From NCBI GenBank assembly GCA_951406725.2, contig OX597822.1, positions 111,414,001 to 111,478,000 on the forward strand: 64,000 nucleotides of DNA. Direction: 5' to 3'. The stretch is from Octopus vulgaris (taxonomy: Eukaryota). Under the pieces are notes generated by a model. That model had not been told where the DNA came from. It did no database searches and saw nothing but the letters and a program-made list of their open reading frames with translations. This document shows positions 40,800 through 55,486 of this stretch, in pieces; the stretch's first letter is position 1; the number at the start of each line of letters is the position of its first letter. The position numbers were made by a program, and so were the translations under genes.

Positions 40800-41340
40800 A
40801 TATAAGTGTATATAACTTCTGTATACTCTTCTCCGGTCCATTTGATCCTTTTACATTTTTCTTTCTGTGGTCGTAATGGTGGTGAATTTGGAGGGATCTA
40901 GTTGAGGCAGTTCCCGTTCAAGTGACAATCCAGGTTCGTATTCAGGGAAGAGTTTGTGCCAGTGGGCGAGTTTTCAAATTCAGGATGGCTCTCCCTTACG
41001 GGACGCGCGTCCAGATTTACCCTAAGTCAAGTATTTTGTTTCCTAAGACGTTTTTGTGCTACATTAAAATTAGTTGTATTGAGCCCTGTGTGATACATGT
41101 GGACACGGTTGTTATCTCGGCCACTATTGTCAACTCTGCCATTATTACCGTTACAGTTAACTTCAACCTTACTGTTACAGCGACAGAATTCATTGTTAGT
41201 TAGCAGCAATACCGCGGTGGCCTGTGTCATTTTGGTCAGCCTTTGTAGCCATGTCAACAGTATAGCCGTTACCATCGTTGTTATGGGTTGCTAGAGATTT
41301 TAGTTAAGTTTGCCATTTTTGTTCCTACTACTGAGTACTA
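40800..41340 (-). mobile_element. R4/Dong-like 5' fragment, diverged
   Basis: Collinear nucleotide similarity with 7890-8180 (KWT.EEY.EVIY motif). Confidence 0.6.
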
Positions 41341-41596
41341 TTATCATATGTTGTTTAGTTTCGACTTTTGCCTTGTACATGGGACAATCATAAATACGTG
41401 AGGGCATGGGGTTGATAGTAGGAGAAAGAGCAGCAGTGTGGTAGATATAACCAAACACCACTAGTCTGTAAAATGGTTCTACAGATGGTGATTAGATCAA
41501 CAATGGGGCCTCGCATTTGCTTGTGATTAAAAAAAAAACAATGCTAAACAAAATAGGCTGGCAAATCTTCCACCACCTTCATACTACTACTACTAT

Positions 41597-41638
<42 letters not shown>

Positions 41639-41649
41639 AACCGCCACCA

Positions 41650-42790
41650 CCATCGGTATGGAGATGGAATCATAATTTGGCAAAGGAAAGAACTGATGAG
41701 CATGCATACGAAGTCATTGAAATATTGAAAAGAATGACACTTATGACTTGGGATAAGAAAGGGTGGGATAAGTTTGATCAATTACCAGGATTGTGTAGAA
41801 GCAGGGGAAAACAGCTCAGTGTTGTATGTAAATAATTCCGTGAAACCATTGCTGAAACATGCGCAGAATCCGGTATCATCAAAATTGATAATTGTATAAA
41901 GAAAGAAAAGAGAAAAAGAACTAAAAAAAAATGGTAAGCATGGAAAGAAAGAAAATGTACGGTCTGTTTGCAAGAGGTAGAATGCCAATACAGATACAGA
42001 TGACTGGTGGTTATGGATGTGGAGGAGTGACCTGAAGATAGAGATAGAAGCACGTATATGCGTGCCACAGGAGCAAGCTTTGAGAACGAACTATGTGAAG
42101 TGCAAAATTGAAAACACAGCTGAGAGCCACAAAAGCATATGTGGTATGATGGATGAGATTGTATGGCACATTTTTAGCGAATGCAAGAAATTAGCACAAC
42201 GCGATTACAAGAAACGACATGACAATGGGACAAGAATGATCAACTGGGAGCTCTGTGAAGATCACGGCTTACAAAGAGCAGAAACGTGATACGACCAAAT
42301 CCCAGAAGGAGTTACCGAGAATGAAGACTGCAAACTCCTGTCGGATGCAATGATTCAGTGTGGTTATCAGATCAGACAACGGAAATCTGACACTGCTATA
42401 GTAAACAAAATCGAAACAACTTGTATGGTAAACGACATAGCATGACCTACTGACAACGGAATCGAAAAGAAAGAAGAAAACTGGACATCTATGGCGATTT
42501 GAAGTGGACAATACGCAAGTTGTGGGCAATGAATAGAATGGCCGTGACACTAGTCGTAACAGGCATGCTTGGAAGTATCAGCACTCAGCTAGCAACATGG
42601 ACAAAAAAGATCGGTACAAGTGTAAATATAGAACACCTATAAAAACCATCATTGCTTCAAAGTACAAGAATTCTCTGCAGGTTTCTTGAAACATGTTCAC
42701 TAAACAAGTGTTACCTTAGCATGCAGGCCGTGATCAGCTCACACATTCCACATTCCATAATTCCCAGCAACATAAACAGTGAGTTTTAAT
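41650..42790 (+). mobile_element. Decayed RLE-type LINE C-terminal region
   Basis: LKIEIEARICVPQEQALRTNY..CGMMDEIVWHIFSECKKLAQRDYKKRHD..WELC. Confidence 0.85.
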
Positions 42791-42824
42791 CAAATAATGA
42801 TAATAACAATAACAAGAAAAATAA

Positions 42825-42869
<45 letters not shown>

Positions 42870-42870
42870 C

Positions 42871-42940
<70 letters not shown>

Positions 42941-42959
42941 AATAATAATAATAATAATG

Positions 42960-43011
<52 letters not shown>
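42790..43011. repeat. (TAG)n/(AAT)n trinucleotide array
   Basis: Directly visible. Confidence 0.95.
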
Positions 43012-43012
<1 letters not shown>

Positions 43013-44378
43013 CGAGTTTTGTGAATCCATGTTTACGAATATGAGTTTGATCGCGGAACCAATGCATCCCAGACAGCTCCAAACATCAATGAAGTGACTA
43101 TGTGGCAAATAAGCGCACTGCACGTCGATGGTTTGAGAAGTTCCGTTCTGGTGACTTTACTCTTGAACATCAGCACCATAGCAGTCCTGAGACGAAGGTG
43201 AATAATTATGAGCTGGAAACTGTAGTGGAAGCGGACACATCTGAAACTACGCGTGAGTTAGCAGCAATGTGTTATATTGCGATTCCAACTGTATTGGACC
43301 ATCTGAAACGAATCGGCAATATGAAGAAGCTGGACAAGTCGGTACCACACGAGCAACAAATGATACGTCGTCTTGGAGCTTACTATTCTTTGCTGTCACG
43401 GCATAAAAGCGGACCATTTTTGCATCGTATTGTTTCGTGTGATGACAAATAGATTCCTTTCAATAGCAAGCATTCTGCACAGTGGCTGGATAGAGACGCA
43501 GTACCAAAACACAATACAAAAAGTAATATTCACCACAAAAAAGCTATTGGTGTCTGTTTGACGGTCCAGTGCTGGTGTCATCAACTACAGCTTCATGATA
43601 CCTGGTAAGTCAATTATAGCGGGTGTATACATCAACCAATAGGATGGAATGATGAGTAAACTTGCAATTAAACAACCGAAGATAGTCGATAGAGACAGAC
43701 CAATTCTCTTTTAAGACAATGCTCGATTATAATTTGCACAAAGAATGGTACTCAAGTTACAGGAACTAAACTTGGAAGTACTCTGTCATCCACCATATCC
43801 ACCAGACCTTGCACTAACTGACTATTACGTTTTCCAGGCATTAGACAACTTTTTGCAAGGAAAAAAATTCAAATCTTAAGATGCAAAAACAGCCTTTCGC
43901 GATTTCACCATCTCTTGCTCTCCAGAATTCCTCGATGGATGGAAGCACTCCGTCGGTTACGACGATGAGGGTTCCGGTTGATCCGAATCAACGGAACAGC
44001 CTGCTCGTGAAATTAACGCGTAAGTGGCTGAGCACTCCACAGACACGTGTACCCTCAACGTAGTTCTCGGGGATATTCAGCGTGACACAGAGAGTGACAA
44101 GGCCGGCCCTTTGAAATACAGGTACAAGAGAAACAGGAAGAAAGAGTGAGAGAAAGTTGTGGTGAAAGAGTACAGCAGGGATCACCACCATCCCTTGCCG
44201 GAGACTCGTGGAGCTTTAGGTGTTTTCGCTCAATAAGCCGGCATAAATAAGCTACCGATAACATGGCAAAATTATGTTGATAATTTAGGTGCATACCTTT
44301 AACTTCATTGCTTTTTGTTGAGATAAAGTAAAATAAACTTTCAGTTCAAAATCGGACATTTCATTTTTAAAGACCTGA
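43011..44378 (+). mobile_element. Mariner transposon, decayed, interrupted by a SINE
   Basis: ARRWFEKFRSGDFTLE, KSVPHE, IVSCDDK, DNAR, HPPYPPDLALTDYYVF; 3' terminus GACCTGA-TA. Confidence 0.9.
43938..44234 (-). mobile_element. SINE family B2, 5'-truncated, nested in mariner
   Basis: Reverse complement of 27978-28272. Confidence 0.9.
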
Positions 44379-44497
44379 TATAAGCAAACCCAGCGAAGGA
44401 AATGGCGACAAATAGAGCAATCCAGATACTTTGGAGTTAATGTACGCCTCTTTTACTTGAGATTATAAGTATTAGATTAATTCATTAGATTAATTAC

Positions 44498-44916
44498 TAG
44501 GCGCAGGAGTGGCTGTGTGGTAAGTAGCTTGTTAGTAATGGACTGTTAAGTCCAAAAATTGAAAAGTTGTAAAAATTGTAAGAGGTTTAATACCTCGTTT
44601 TGTGTTTGTTTTTAATAAAACAATGTTTTAGAGAAGCAGAAGTCGGCGGGCGCTTTTTGTCTTCTCCCATCCCCATCATCTTTCTTTCATTATCATTCAC
44701 TTCATTAATGTCCTCGTCCAGCCCGCAAAGCTAACTTACTCTATGTACTGCCTTTATGGCAAATGTTATGAAATAAAGTAGCTTGCTAACCAAACACATG
44801 GTTCCGGGTTCAGTCCCACTGCGTGGCATCTTAGGCAAGTGTCTTCTGCTATAGCCCCGGGCCGACCAATGCCTTGTGAGTGGATTTGGTAGACGGAAAC
44901 TGAAAGAAGCCTGTCG

Positions 44917-44971
<55 letters not shown>

Positions 44972-45190
44972 TGTGTGTCTGTGTTGGTCCCCCTAGCATT
45001 GCTTGACAACCGATGCTGGTGTGTTTACGTCCCCGTCACTTAGCGGTTTGGCAAAAGAGACCGATAGAATAAGTACTGGGCTTACAAAAGAATAAGTCCC
45101 GGGGTCGATTTGCTCGACTAAAAAAAGGCGGTGCTCCAGCATGGCCGCAGTCAAATGACTGTAAAAGAGTAAAAGAGTAAAAGAGTAAAG
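44498..45190 (+). mobile_element. SINE family A with a 244-bp insertion in its head
   Basis: Head 44498-44531, insert 44532-44775 flanked by duplicated AAGTAGCTTG, body resumes at 44776; outer ~26-bp duplication at 44459-44484 and 45190-45215. Confidence 0.85.
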
Positions 45191-45599
45191 AGATTATAAG
45201 CATTAGATTAATTCAAAAGCTAAATAGAAAATATCAGGTATTAATACTTTAACAAATAAAATTGCGTGTTATATTCATAATGCTCCCAATTGAAAGCTAA
45301 ACGTATAATGAAAACGAGACAGAAAAATAAATAATAGTGTAATATACCGCCGCAAATCTTACCTATAATGATTTTATGTACTCTGATTAATAGAAGGTAG
45401 GAGTCATATGCAGCTAGTAAACAATAACAAAGTATCCACTGTAGGATTACAAAACATCTATTAAATAATAATGGATAACGAATACCATTAGCTACCAAAC
45501 ACGGACAAAAAACATTTTTTCTCTCTTTAAGGAAACAATAGAGAAGAGGTGAAATGACAGACAGCGATAAAGAAGATAAGGAGGAAACAAAACCATTAG

Positions 45600-46440
45600 C
45601 TATATTTGGACCTATATAGCTCCAGGATAAGTACGGTGATAAAGAGTAATAATAAGTATCTCAAAATATAAAGAAAGAAATACTGGACACGGTGGAAACA
45701 GACAAGAAGAATTGAAAAGAAAATGCTATATAAAATGTGTAAGATTCCAAGCTAAACCCGAAGAGCTATTGACTCTGGGACAGAATGAAAGACTTCTCAC
45801 TTGAATCCGCCAATCCACTGTAAGCATGTAATGGGAGAGAATACAGACTCTGACTGCTGAATATATACGATGAAGGAGAAAAAATCATAGACACTACACG
45901 GTGTTTACATATGAGAGAGAGAGAGAGAAAGAGAGGGAGAGAGAGTTGAGATTTACATTAGAAATTAGAGGAGCATTATGAAGTGATAAGAGAAAAGATC
46001 TATTATTCGTATAAATCAAAAAAGTTTTGCAGAAGACGAAAACCATCATATGTTATATTGAAATACACGCTGAGAGAAAAATTGAAGTTAATAGGACAGA
46101 CATTGTTGTCAAGGACAAAAAAGAAACAGATATATCATTCTTGACGGCTTCTGAAGTATCTATGAAAGACAAGAAAATATTATTCACGCAGAGGAGTGGC
46201 TAACAGAGTTAAACATCTGGTGTGGCAAAATATAATAGAAAGTATAGACAAGAATATAACCAAAAGTACACGATTTGCAAATATCTCCAGCGTACAGGAA
46301 ATAGAGCTACTATAAAAATCTACGATTGTAGAGTGAAATACATCTAATATAATTAGAGCAAAAAAAAAGTACAGAGCATATACCCGAAATACACGGAGCT
46401 GCTCGGGAGTACAAAAAACGGAAGCAATGTAATAATACAC
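45600..46440 (+). mobile_element. Highly decayed RLE-type LINE remnant
   Basis: IHAERKIEVNRTDIVVKDKKE resembles IHTDREIKANRPDIVVRDHEE of the intact element. Confidence 0.55.
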
Positions 46441-46459
46441 CTGGATTATAACAATAATA

Positions 46460-47030
46460 ACGGCTTCAAATTTTGGCACAATGCTGGCAATTTCAGGGAG
46501 TGTTTGCTCGATTACAGCGACCCCTGTGCTCATCTCGTACTTATTTTCTCGATTAAACGCAAAATCGTCCTCGGCGGAATTTGAACTCAGAAAGTAAAAA
46601 TGGACGAAACGCCGCTAAGCATCTTCGTCCGGCCTGATAATAATTCTGATAGCTGTTTCTCGATTCAATGACAAAAACAACCGCAATAACAACAACAACA
46701 ATTTCAAATTTTGGCACAAGGCCAGCTGTTTCGAGGAGGGGGAAGTCAAATACATCTACATGAGTATCCAACTGGTACTTATTTTATCAATCACAAATAG
46801 ACGAAAGGAAAAGTCAAGCTCGGCGGAATTTAAGCTCAGAACGTGAAGAAGGACGAAATACCTATTTCTTTACTACCTACAAGGGGCTAAACACAGGGAG
46901 GACAAGCTAGGACAGGCAAACGGATTAAGTCGATTATATCGACCCCAGTGCGTAACTGGTACTTATTTAATCGACCCCGAAAGGACGAAAGGCAAAGTCG
47001 ACCTCGGCGGAATTTGAACTCAGAACGTAC
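46460..47030 (-). mobile_element. Cluster of three SINE family C units
   Basis: Three CTCGGCGGAATTT(G/A)A(A/G)CTCAG cores in tandem. Confidence 0.8.
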
Positions 47031-47039
47031 TGTGCCGGA

Positions 47040-47260
47040 AGTATGGATACGTGATATTGGGTACTTGGTACCAACATGCACTGCAAAAGGTAGTGGATGA
47101 AAAGTGGGAGGGAAAAAATCCCCTGGCACTTTGAATTTCAGAGAGACAAGGTGTTAAAGCACCGAGGGCCGGATATAGAAACCTTTAAGAGGGACAAACA
47201 AGAGTGCCTAATAATCGACGTAGCAGTGCTAGATTGACATATTATCATGAAAGAAAGAAA
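47040..47260 (+). mobile_element. RLE endonuclease fragment
   Basis: WYQHALQKVVDE..WHFEFQRDKVLKHRGPDI..CLIIDVAV. Confidence 0.7.
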
Positions 47261-47429
47261 AAAAGATCCCATCCTGACACTTCTACTGGAAATATTCGTA
47301 AAGACTCTGTTAAAGATTGACAAAATAGTGATAGTGACAGTAATGGTGAAATTGGTAATAAGAATGATAAGAAAAATGGTAGTGTAAGTAAGCATACTAA
47401 TAATAAGCGATAGTAGCTCTGACGTAGAT

Positions 47430-47826
47430 ACTCTTTACTCTCTTTTTACTCTTTTACTTGTTTCAGTCATTTGACTGTGACCATGTTGGAGCACCACATT
47501 TAGTTGAGCAAATCATTCTTTGTAAGCCTAGTACTTATCCTATCGATCTCTTTTGCCGAAACGCTAAGTTACGGGGACGTAAACACACCAGCATCGGCTG
47601 ACAAGTGATGTTGGTGGGACAAACACAGACACACAAATATATACACGTACATACATACATATATATATATGTACATATATACGACGGACTTCTTTCAGTT
47701 TCCGTCTACCAAATCTACTCACAAGGCTTTGGTCGGGCCGAGGCTATAGTAGAATGCACTTGACCAAGGTGCCATGCAGTGGGAATGAACCCGGAACCAT
47801 GTGGTTCGTAAGCAAGCTATTTACCA
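47430..47826 (-). mobile_element. SINE family A
   Basis: Reverse-complement similarity to family A. Confidence 0.85.
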
Positions 47827-47907
47827 ACTTGAGAAAAATAATATTTATTTAAAATATGAAGTAACATATGTTAGACAAGCAGATATGTGGAGAAATGGTG
47901 AGGTTGG

Positions 47908-48175
47908 TGCTCTGATGCAATACCAGGTATTGACACTCATGGTTTCTGATCTTAACTGATTGGAAGTGTTAGCATATACATCTTTTGCCTTGGTGTAAAA
48001 GATTGGCTACAGTAAACATTCTGCTCAATACCACAAACGTACTTCTCAGCTGCTTGGCCCTAAGCATGGAGCCTGTCTCTTAGTGGCTGACTATATGTGA
48101 ATCTCTGAGTACGAGCATGAGTAGTTGGAGAAAATCATAAGCTTTGTGAGGGATTCTTTAAGGTTTGAGTAACCC
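47908..48175. repeat. Diverged partial copy of the 8375-8918 repeat
   Basis: TGCTCTGATGCAATACCAGG..CTGATCTTAACTGATTGGAAGTGTT matches the reverse complement of 8860-8918 and continues collinearly. Confidence 0.75.
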
Positions 48176-48179
48176 TATG

Positions 48180-48782
48180 GCATATTACCAGCCAATGTAC
48201 GCCCACAAAGAATATAAGAGTCGTCATGGCAATATAGAAAGGATTGTCCATTGGACACTTTGCAAAAAGTATGGACTTGACAGAGCAAAAAAGTGGTACG
48301 AAATTAAACCCGAAGCCATCGTCGAAAATGATAATACAAAGATCCTATGGGATTTTATGATTCAGTGCGACTATGAGATAGAGAATAGGAAGCCAGACAT
48401 AGTATTAACTGAGAAAAAAGCAAGCGATGCTGAATAATAGATATAGCATGCCCAGCTGACAACAAGGTATGCGATAGGGAAGAAAGAAAAGTCGATAGAT
48501 ATGACAGGTTAGCTTGGGAGGTTAAGTAGTGGTAGTCGCTGAAAAAGGTGGTAGTAGTACCAATAATTATCGGAGCTCTGGGAACAGTGAGTAAAAATCT
48601 GGAGAAGTAAGTAGAACAAATAGAGGATGCGATGAGGGTGGAGCACTTGCAGAAAACAGCACTGCTTAGAACCGCTCAAATACTGCGGATAGTGCTCGAA
48701 AAGTAAGGTGTGTTACCTTAGTTTACTGGTCCTGAACAGCTGGCGCCGTAGTACATCTCCAGTAGAAGCTGTGCAAAGACAA
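48180..48782 (+). mobile_element. RLE-type LINE 3' end followed by (AAT)n
   Basis: AHKEYKSRHGNIERIVHWTLCKKYG..KILWDFMIQCD..RKPDIV..IDIACP..VPIIIGALG..LQKTALL. Confidence 0.9.
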
Positions 48783-48784
48783 TA

Positions 48785-48834
<50 letters not shown>

Positions 48835-48848
48835 TGATGATGATGATG

Positions 48849-48890
<42 letters not shown>

Positions 48891-48932
48891 TATTAATAAT
48901 AATAAGAAGAAAAAGCAGACGTCATCGTCGTC

Positions 48933-49005
<73 letters not shown>

Positions 49006-49042
49006 AAGAAGAAAAGAGGAAGAAGAAGAAGAAGAAGAAGAA

Positions 49043-49080
<38 letters not shown>

Positions 49081-49222
49081 CGGTAGTAGTGGTTTATGTG
49101 GTAGGTGGTGTTGCTAATAGTGGTTTTGACATTGTTGTTATTGTTGTTGATGATGAACGTGATGACGACGATGGTGATGACGATGACGACGATGACGACA
49201 GTGATGATAATGACGATGACGT
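48783..49222. repeat. Compound trinucleotide array (AAT)/(TAG)/(GAA)/(GAT)
   Basis: Directly visible. Confidence 0.95.
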
Positions 49223-51940
49223 TATAGTAGATGAGCCATTAAAATATGGCCTCCATTCAGATCAACAATGAGAAGAGGCTATATACGATATGTTGGCTTG
49301 TCGGAGTCAATTAATGAGTGCATTACGACAGGGAGAACCATTTGTAATATATTGTGACTTTGTATGGTAATGTTAGCGCCATCCACAATGTAGCGTCTGT
49401 CAAAGAAGGCTTGCTATAAAGGAATCGTACAGTAATGTAAAGATAGATTATGTTTAGCATACATATAAGATGTAAAAAGAAAATATTATGGTTAAACCTG
49501 TCAAGAACATTTGTTTCTAAAGCCATATGGCTGTGTAACGGCGAAAGCGGAAAGAAAGAATCGCTAAAAGAAGAAAGTTGCAGTCTATATTGATACAGAA
49601 AAAGAATTGTTAGAATTTCTTTTAGACGTCTCTACAACAATCACTTTCGAAACAAGTGATGTAGCTGTCAGACGTTATATTGTTCTACTAAATATTATTG
49701 GTATTAAACATTTCTTCAGAATCTAATGGAATATCTATCAAACTGACAACAGCCTTTCAATTTTCTCATTGCAGAATTTCCTATGCCATAACTATTTAGG
49801 TTACTAACTTTAATGTTGATTTTTCCCCCAATGTTACATCTAGCGCTGGGTTTGTTTACATGTTTCTACTAATGCCATTAAAATAATGTTTCTTTTCTTT
49901 ATTCGTTTGTAATATTTGCCAACTGAAATATTGACTTAGCCAAAATGGTGCCACAGCGAACATATTTCCATATGACATTTATTTCTGTCTCCCATGGAAC
50001 ATAAATTAAATTCTCTTTAATTGACCACGAACTCCTACTTTAACGAAATGCGTGACAATCTATTAAATATAACTACAATATAATTATCGCCAAGACAAAA
50101 ATATTGCAAAATATTTAATATTTTCTGGATATCAGAAATTCTATATTCATAAATCATGAAAATTATGTAATTTTATCTCTCTAGGTTCTCTCTTCAAGTA
50201 CATCAGAGGATGGCATTACATATGAATAAAAAAAAACTGCACGCATGTATTTGAAAAATGCAGGACTGAGTGAACTTAAGCCTGAAGCAGGCAACGGACT
50301 AAATGTACCCTAGAGAAGTCCGCAATCTTTCATTGGAAAATTTTGGAATAAACAATGAACCCATGTCTAGTAGGAATGCACTATCAGAAGCTCAAAATGT
50401 AGTGCTAGTCTCCATTTTGTGTCCAATAAGAGCAATGCGTATTTTTTATGATTTTTGAAATGTTACTGAAGTAATTTTGGATCGAATACTGATTTCCTAA
50501 AAAGTGATGTTTCTCATTCACTGTCTAGATTTAATGAAGGGGTACAGATTTAAGAATCTTTATCCTCAGCTTCATTCCTTGCAACGAAATTAATATTTGG
50601 GATTAGAAATTATCTATGAGTTATATTCTCATGTTTTGGGGAAAATATATACCTGATATAATTATAAGTTGACGGTTGATGTCGCCATCTGTTTTGAAAG
50701 AAGATAAATATTTTACTGAGAAGAAAAAAATATGTATTTACCTATAAAATTAAATCAGTGTCTAAATTACTGTCTTATTTTCATTTTCAATGTCTTGAAA
50801 GAAAGATAACGCATACCCTGTATAAATATGCGTTTTCAAATTTGATTTAAAGAAGTGATTTTAGCAAATGTTGAATGCCTTGCTGTCAGAAAAAGCAATA
50901 AGGTACAGAACTGATAATTCTAATGATAAAGTTCGGGAAATAAAGGGAATGATTAATTCTCCAAAAAGTTTTACTGGTTCTAGAAATTATAATAGTTTGC
51001 CTGACTGACTTGCATCGCAATTAAACTTTTATCGCAGATTTAATTCACACCCTTGCAGAAGATGGCAGCAGTGGATACAAGAAAAAGAGATTTTAGCTTT
51101 ATTCTTAAAGTAACTTTAAAACACAGATCCACGTCTATTCTGCATAATAATTTAGGACATTCTCTGCTATGGAATATGTTGATACAGATTTTATAATATC
51201 CATAACCCACGAGAGAGATATAATTAACCTTGTTTGCCATTTATTCTTTTCAAAATGTATTTTTAGTGGAGTAATGTATCAACTTTTAAGAGAGAATTAA
51301 GGAAGCGTTAACGACCTTCGTTGGAATTATTGGGGATTTGAACGTGTACATTATTATAAGCTAATAATATTTTTGGTTTCGATGCAGGAAATAAATATTC
51401 CAACTATTGCAGCCTGTAAAACCAACCTCAAGATACTTTTATGCAGTTAAGCATTTGTTTAAATCATAGTGGTATCAATCACTCCTTCCCTTCACATTAT
51501 ATACTAACAAGCGACATTTATATATATATATATATATATTGTATTTTGAAGTAGAGCACAAACCAAGCGAGGTGAAACTTTTGGACGCAAATGCCAATTA
51601 TACGTTTATGTAACTGCGTAGCATTGACATTTACAAGTCTCTTAATTTGACGAATGGTAGGATTTAAACTATTATGTTTTACATGAAACATCTTAGTAAT
51701 TCTGAAAGAAACAAAAAATGAAAACGTCATGGTAATTACAATATTGTGTCTAATTATCTAAAAAACGCTTTATAGTTGCATGAGCAATTTCCTAGAAAAG
51801 AGATCAATATGCGGTTCTTTGTTAATGGTATTAACTATACATATCAAAAGAAACGTGAGATACGAAACTGGTTAATTATTTGCATACATACATACATGCA
51901 TACATACATATATATTGGTATGTATATATGAATATATGAA

Positions 51941-51991
<51 letters not shown>

Positions 51992-52331
51992 GTATGTAAG
52001 TATGTACATTCATGTATGATAGCTATATATGGATGTGTGCGCCTGTGTGTGTATACTTGTGTGTATACATTTTGAATTTGCTATAGATTTATGTATATTT
52101 GTATATAAGTTTTCACATATATGCGTATGCACGTATATAAATGAGTGTCTATTCAGATATACATGTGAATTTGTCGATTGCACAATTACTAAATAATCAT
52201 TAGACTATCGATTTGTTTCACAGCATGCGTTCAAAATTAAACTTAGTAACATTAGAAATTCCTCCAGACCCATTGGACAAGCATGTGTGTATACATACAT
52301 ATGTACAAACATACATACATACATGCATACA

Positions 52332-52389
<58 letters not shown>

Positions 52390-53882
52390 ATACTGTACCC
52401 GCTCAGATCACCAATAATTCCAACGAAAGTCGTTAACACTTCCTTAATTCTCTCGCAAAAGTTGATACATTACTCCACTAAAAATACTAAAAATAAGAGA
52501 TAGAAAATGGAATTCATGTAAATTCCATTTTCTGTCTGTTATCTCTATCTAGAAAATCTACGGAGAGCAAGGAATTCCTGAAGTAAATCCAGTATATCCA
52601 CAAGAAATGGATTTGAGTAAACTAAAAGTTTTTCCTTGCGTACAAAGATTCAAGAGATATAGTAAATGCTCGGTAACTGTGAACCAAAATATCAAATATA
52701 TGCGAAGCATTGAGTTCTCTCCTACGTTTATATAGGCTACATATATGTGTGCCTATGTGTATGTGTGCTTCTCTGAATGGGTGTCTCTATGTTGGGTAAA
52801 ATTGTATGTTATAATTTCGAAGGAGTGTAATTGAGATTTGTAACTACCACAACATTACGTCAATTCTCTTGAATACAGTCAAATTGCTTGCATCGCCCAT
52901 CGAAACAGTGTCATGAATATTGTTGTGCACGCTCTTCGTTCTGAAATTTACAAAATTGAAAAGTTAATACTTACTATCTTTCAGAAAACGAAACCTTGAT
53001 TGCGTTACCACTCGTCATGGCCAGACAACTTCATATATTCGTTCCAAACTATGTCTACTTGATAATATCTGGAGCTTCTATTAGGCAATCTTGCCTTTAT
53101 TCATTTTTCAAAATCTAATACTTGATAACACGCTTCTCAAATTAAAAGTACTTTGCCTAATATTGTTACCTGAATATAACGGTAAATGAAGTAGTAAAGA
53201 TGGAGGATATTGATCTTTGACTATCGGAAATGAAAGCCATTATTAATTGAGCTGGAACAAGAAGCTATTAAATATGCATATATTTTGAGGATGATCTCGC
53301 GCGCAATCAAGGAACACTGTCTGAAGTTAGGAAGTCGGTTATTTCATTATCTTTAACTTAGATCACTGGAAACTACTTTATCATTTGCACTATCTTCAAC
53401 AACAAAGAATTATACAATGTCTATGGCACATGTGAAAGTAATTTCATTGTTTAAGTGAGTAAAAATACAAAGTAGGCGGTAGTGTGTAATGGAATAGCAT
53501 AACTGATAACGTTTAAAACTTTCAGCGCCATAATTATGGGTGATATAAAACACTACAGCTAATTTCCGAAACAATGGCTCCCAGGATAACAAAGCAGTAG
53601 GCAGACATGAAACAACTTCAACGACAAGACATTGATTCTCAATCGAATTTGTTTCCTTGCACCATCTTAGTCTTGAAAATCTCAGAATGTAAATCTTGTA
53701 GTCAAAAATTCTAAGTTTCGATAAAAATTGTTAGGTAAGTGTAAGACATTTATTTCTCCAATGCCATTAACGTATTTATTATCTCGAATAGAAATTTTTT
53801 TTTAAATGGAAAGAGAAAATATGGCAGCAAACATTTTTTAAGTGCTTGATTTGAAACAAGAGGATTGACAAATAATATACAG

Positions 53883-54108
53883 ATATTTCTTTACTACCCA
53901 CAAGGGGCTAAACACAGAGGAGACAAACAAAGACAGACATACAGATTAAGTCGACCATATCGACCCCAGTGCGTAACTGGTACTTAATTTATCGACCCCG
54001 AAGGGATGAAAGGCAAAGTCGACCTCGGCGGACTTTGAACTCAGAACGTAACGGCAGACGAAATACGGCTACGCATTTCGCCCGGCGTGCTATCGTTTCT
54101 GCCAGCTC
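53883..54108 (-). mobile_element. SINE family C
   Basis: Near full-length reverse complement of family C. Confidence 0.88.
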
Positions 54109-55114
54109 ACAGAGACTAAAATTTGGATTAGTTACACAATGAAGGAACAGATGCGTTGAGTAGGACAACTCGATGAAGGGCTGCCTTTTCTGCTTTAAAT
54201 TGGTTCCTATAACATCAAATACATTCTCTTTTTGGAATTCAGTAATTCAAAATATTACAAATGTTCTTTCCGTCAGATATTTTTTTGTTTGTTTCACTTT
54301 CATTTTTCCATAGTCCTTACAATAAGTAACCGTTGATAAAATATGTACCTGGTTCCGTGTGATCGATTATACCTTAAGGAACGGCGATTCCACATTCACT
54401 TCTTTTATTTCATTGGATCAAACAAGCAAAAGAATACCATTAGATTTCAGAATGTGATAGATGGCGGCAAATGTTTAGACGCGAGTAAATGATTCCATTT
54501 TTAGGAGCGAAAAAGCGATTTAGCTGTAGTATCGATATGGTAGCTATAAATACAATTACCAATGAATAGTCGACTGTCGACGTTTATCGTGTTCACTTGG
54601 CTGGAGTAAACTAGAGTGATCCGCGGAATTTATCATGCTGGATATTTCATTCAGTTAGCAAAGTATGGTGAAAATACTGAAGTGTAATAGGAGTGGAAAT
54701 TCAAAGGAGAAAACGTTGATAAGAGGCTGATATCAGGGTGGTTCTATCATCACCAGATTCAGTAGGAGATTAGTTTCCAGAAGTGTAAAGAATGATAATT
54801 CACTGCTACAAATAAGATGCATGTGATGAAGCAATTGCCGTTGAAATATCACCGGCTAGCAAAACCAGTGCTACTTAACGTCACTCACTTTCTATCTTGT
54901 TAGATATGGATGAAAGCAATCCAAGCAAATACCTCATTCAGTAGTGCATGCAATGGTAGTTGGCTAACAGAATGTCAAGTGAAGAAGATGGAAATCCTTA
55001 TAGGTTCAATCCACACGTTGTTCTATTCAACCTGTAAGTCCGAGGAAATTAACAAGACAAATTCAATGTATATAAATAAAACAAATATCAAAAATATCGT
55101 CGTGAAGCGTAGAT

Positions 55115-55432
55115 GTGGTTAGTTCTATAGGCGCTAGTCTGGCGTTGGGTAAGAAGTTTGCTCCCAGCACATGGTACAGGGTTCCGTTCCACTTTATGGC
55201 ACATGGTTCAAGTATCTGTTACTACAGCCTTCAACCAAAACCCTGTGAGTGGATCTGTTACACGGAAACCGAAAGAATGTTTATACTTGTTTATCACTCA
55301 CTACCAGTTGAAAATCTGATGCCGTTTGTTTACATTCCCGTAACATAGCGGTTCAGTAACAAGGAATCTGATAAAGACCCTGGGATCGAATCGTCGGACT
55401 AAAACAGCATGACTGTAACCAAATGACTGAAG
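55115..55432 (+). mobile_element. SINE family A, highly diverged
   Basis: Patchy collinear matches (TGTGAGTGGAT, CGGAAAC, TAGCGGTTC, AAATGACTGAA). Confidence 0.6.
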
Positions 55433-55437
55433 GATAT

Positions 55438-55486
<49 letters not shown>

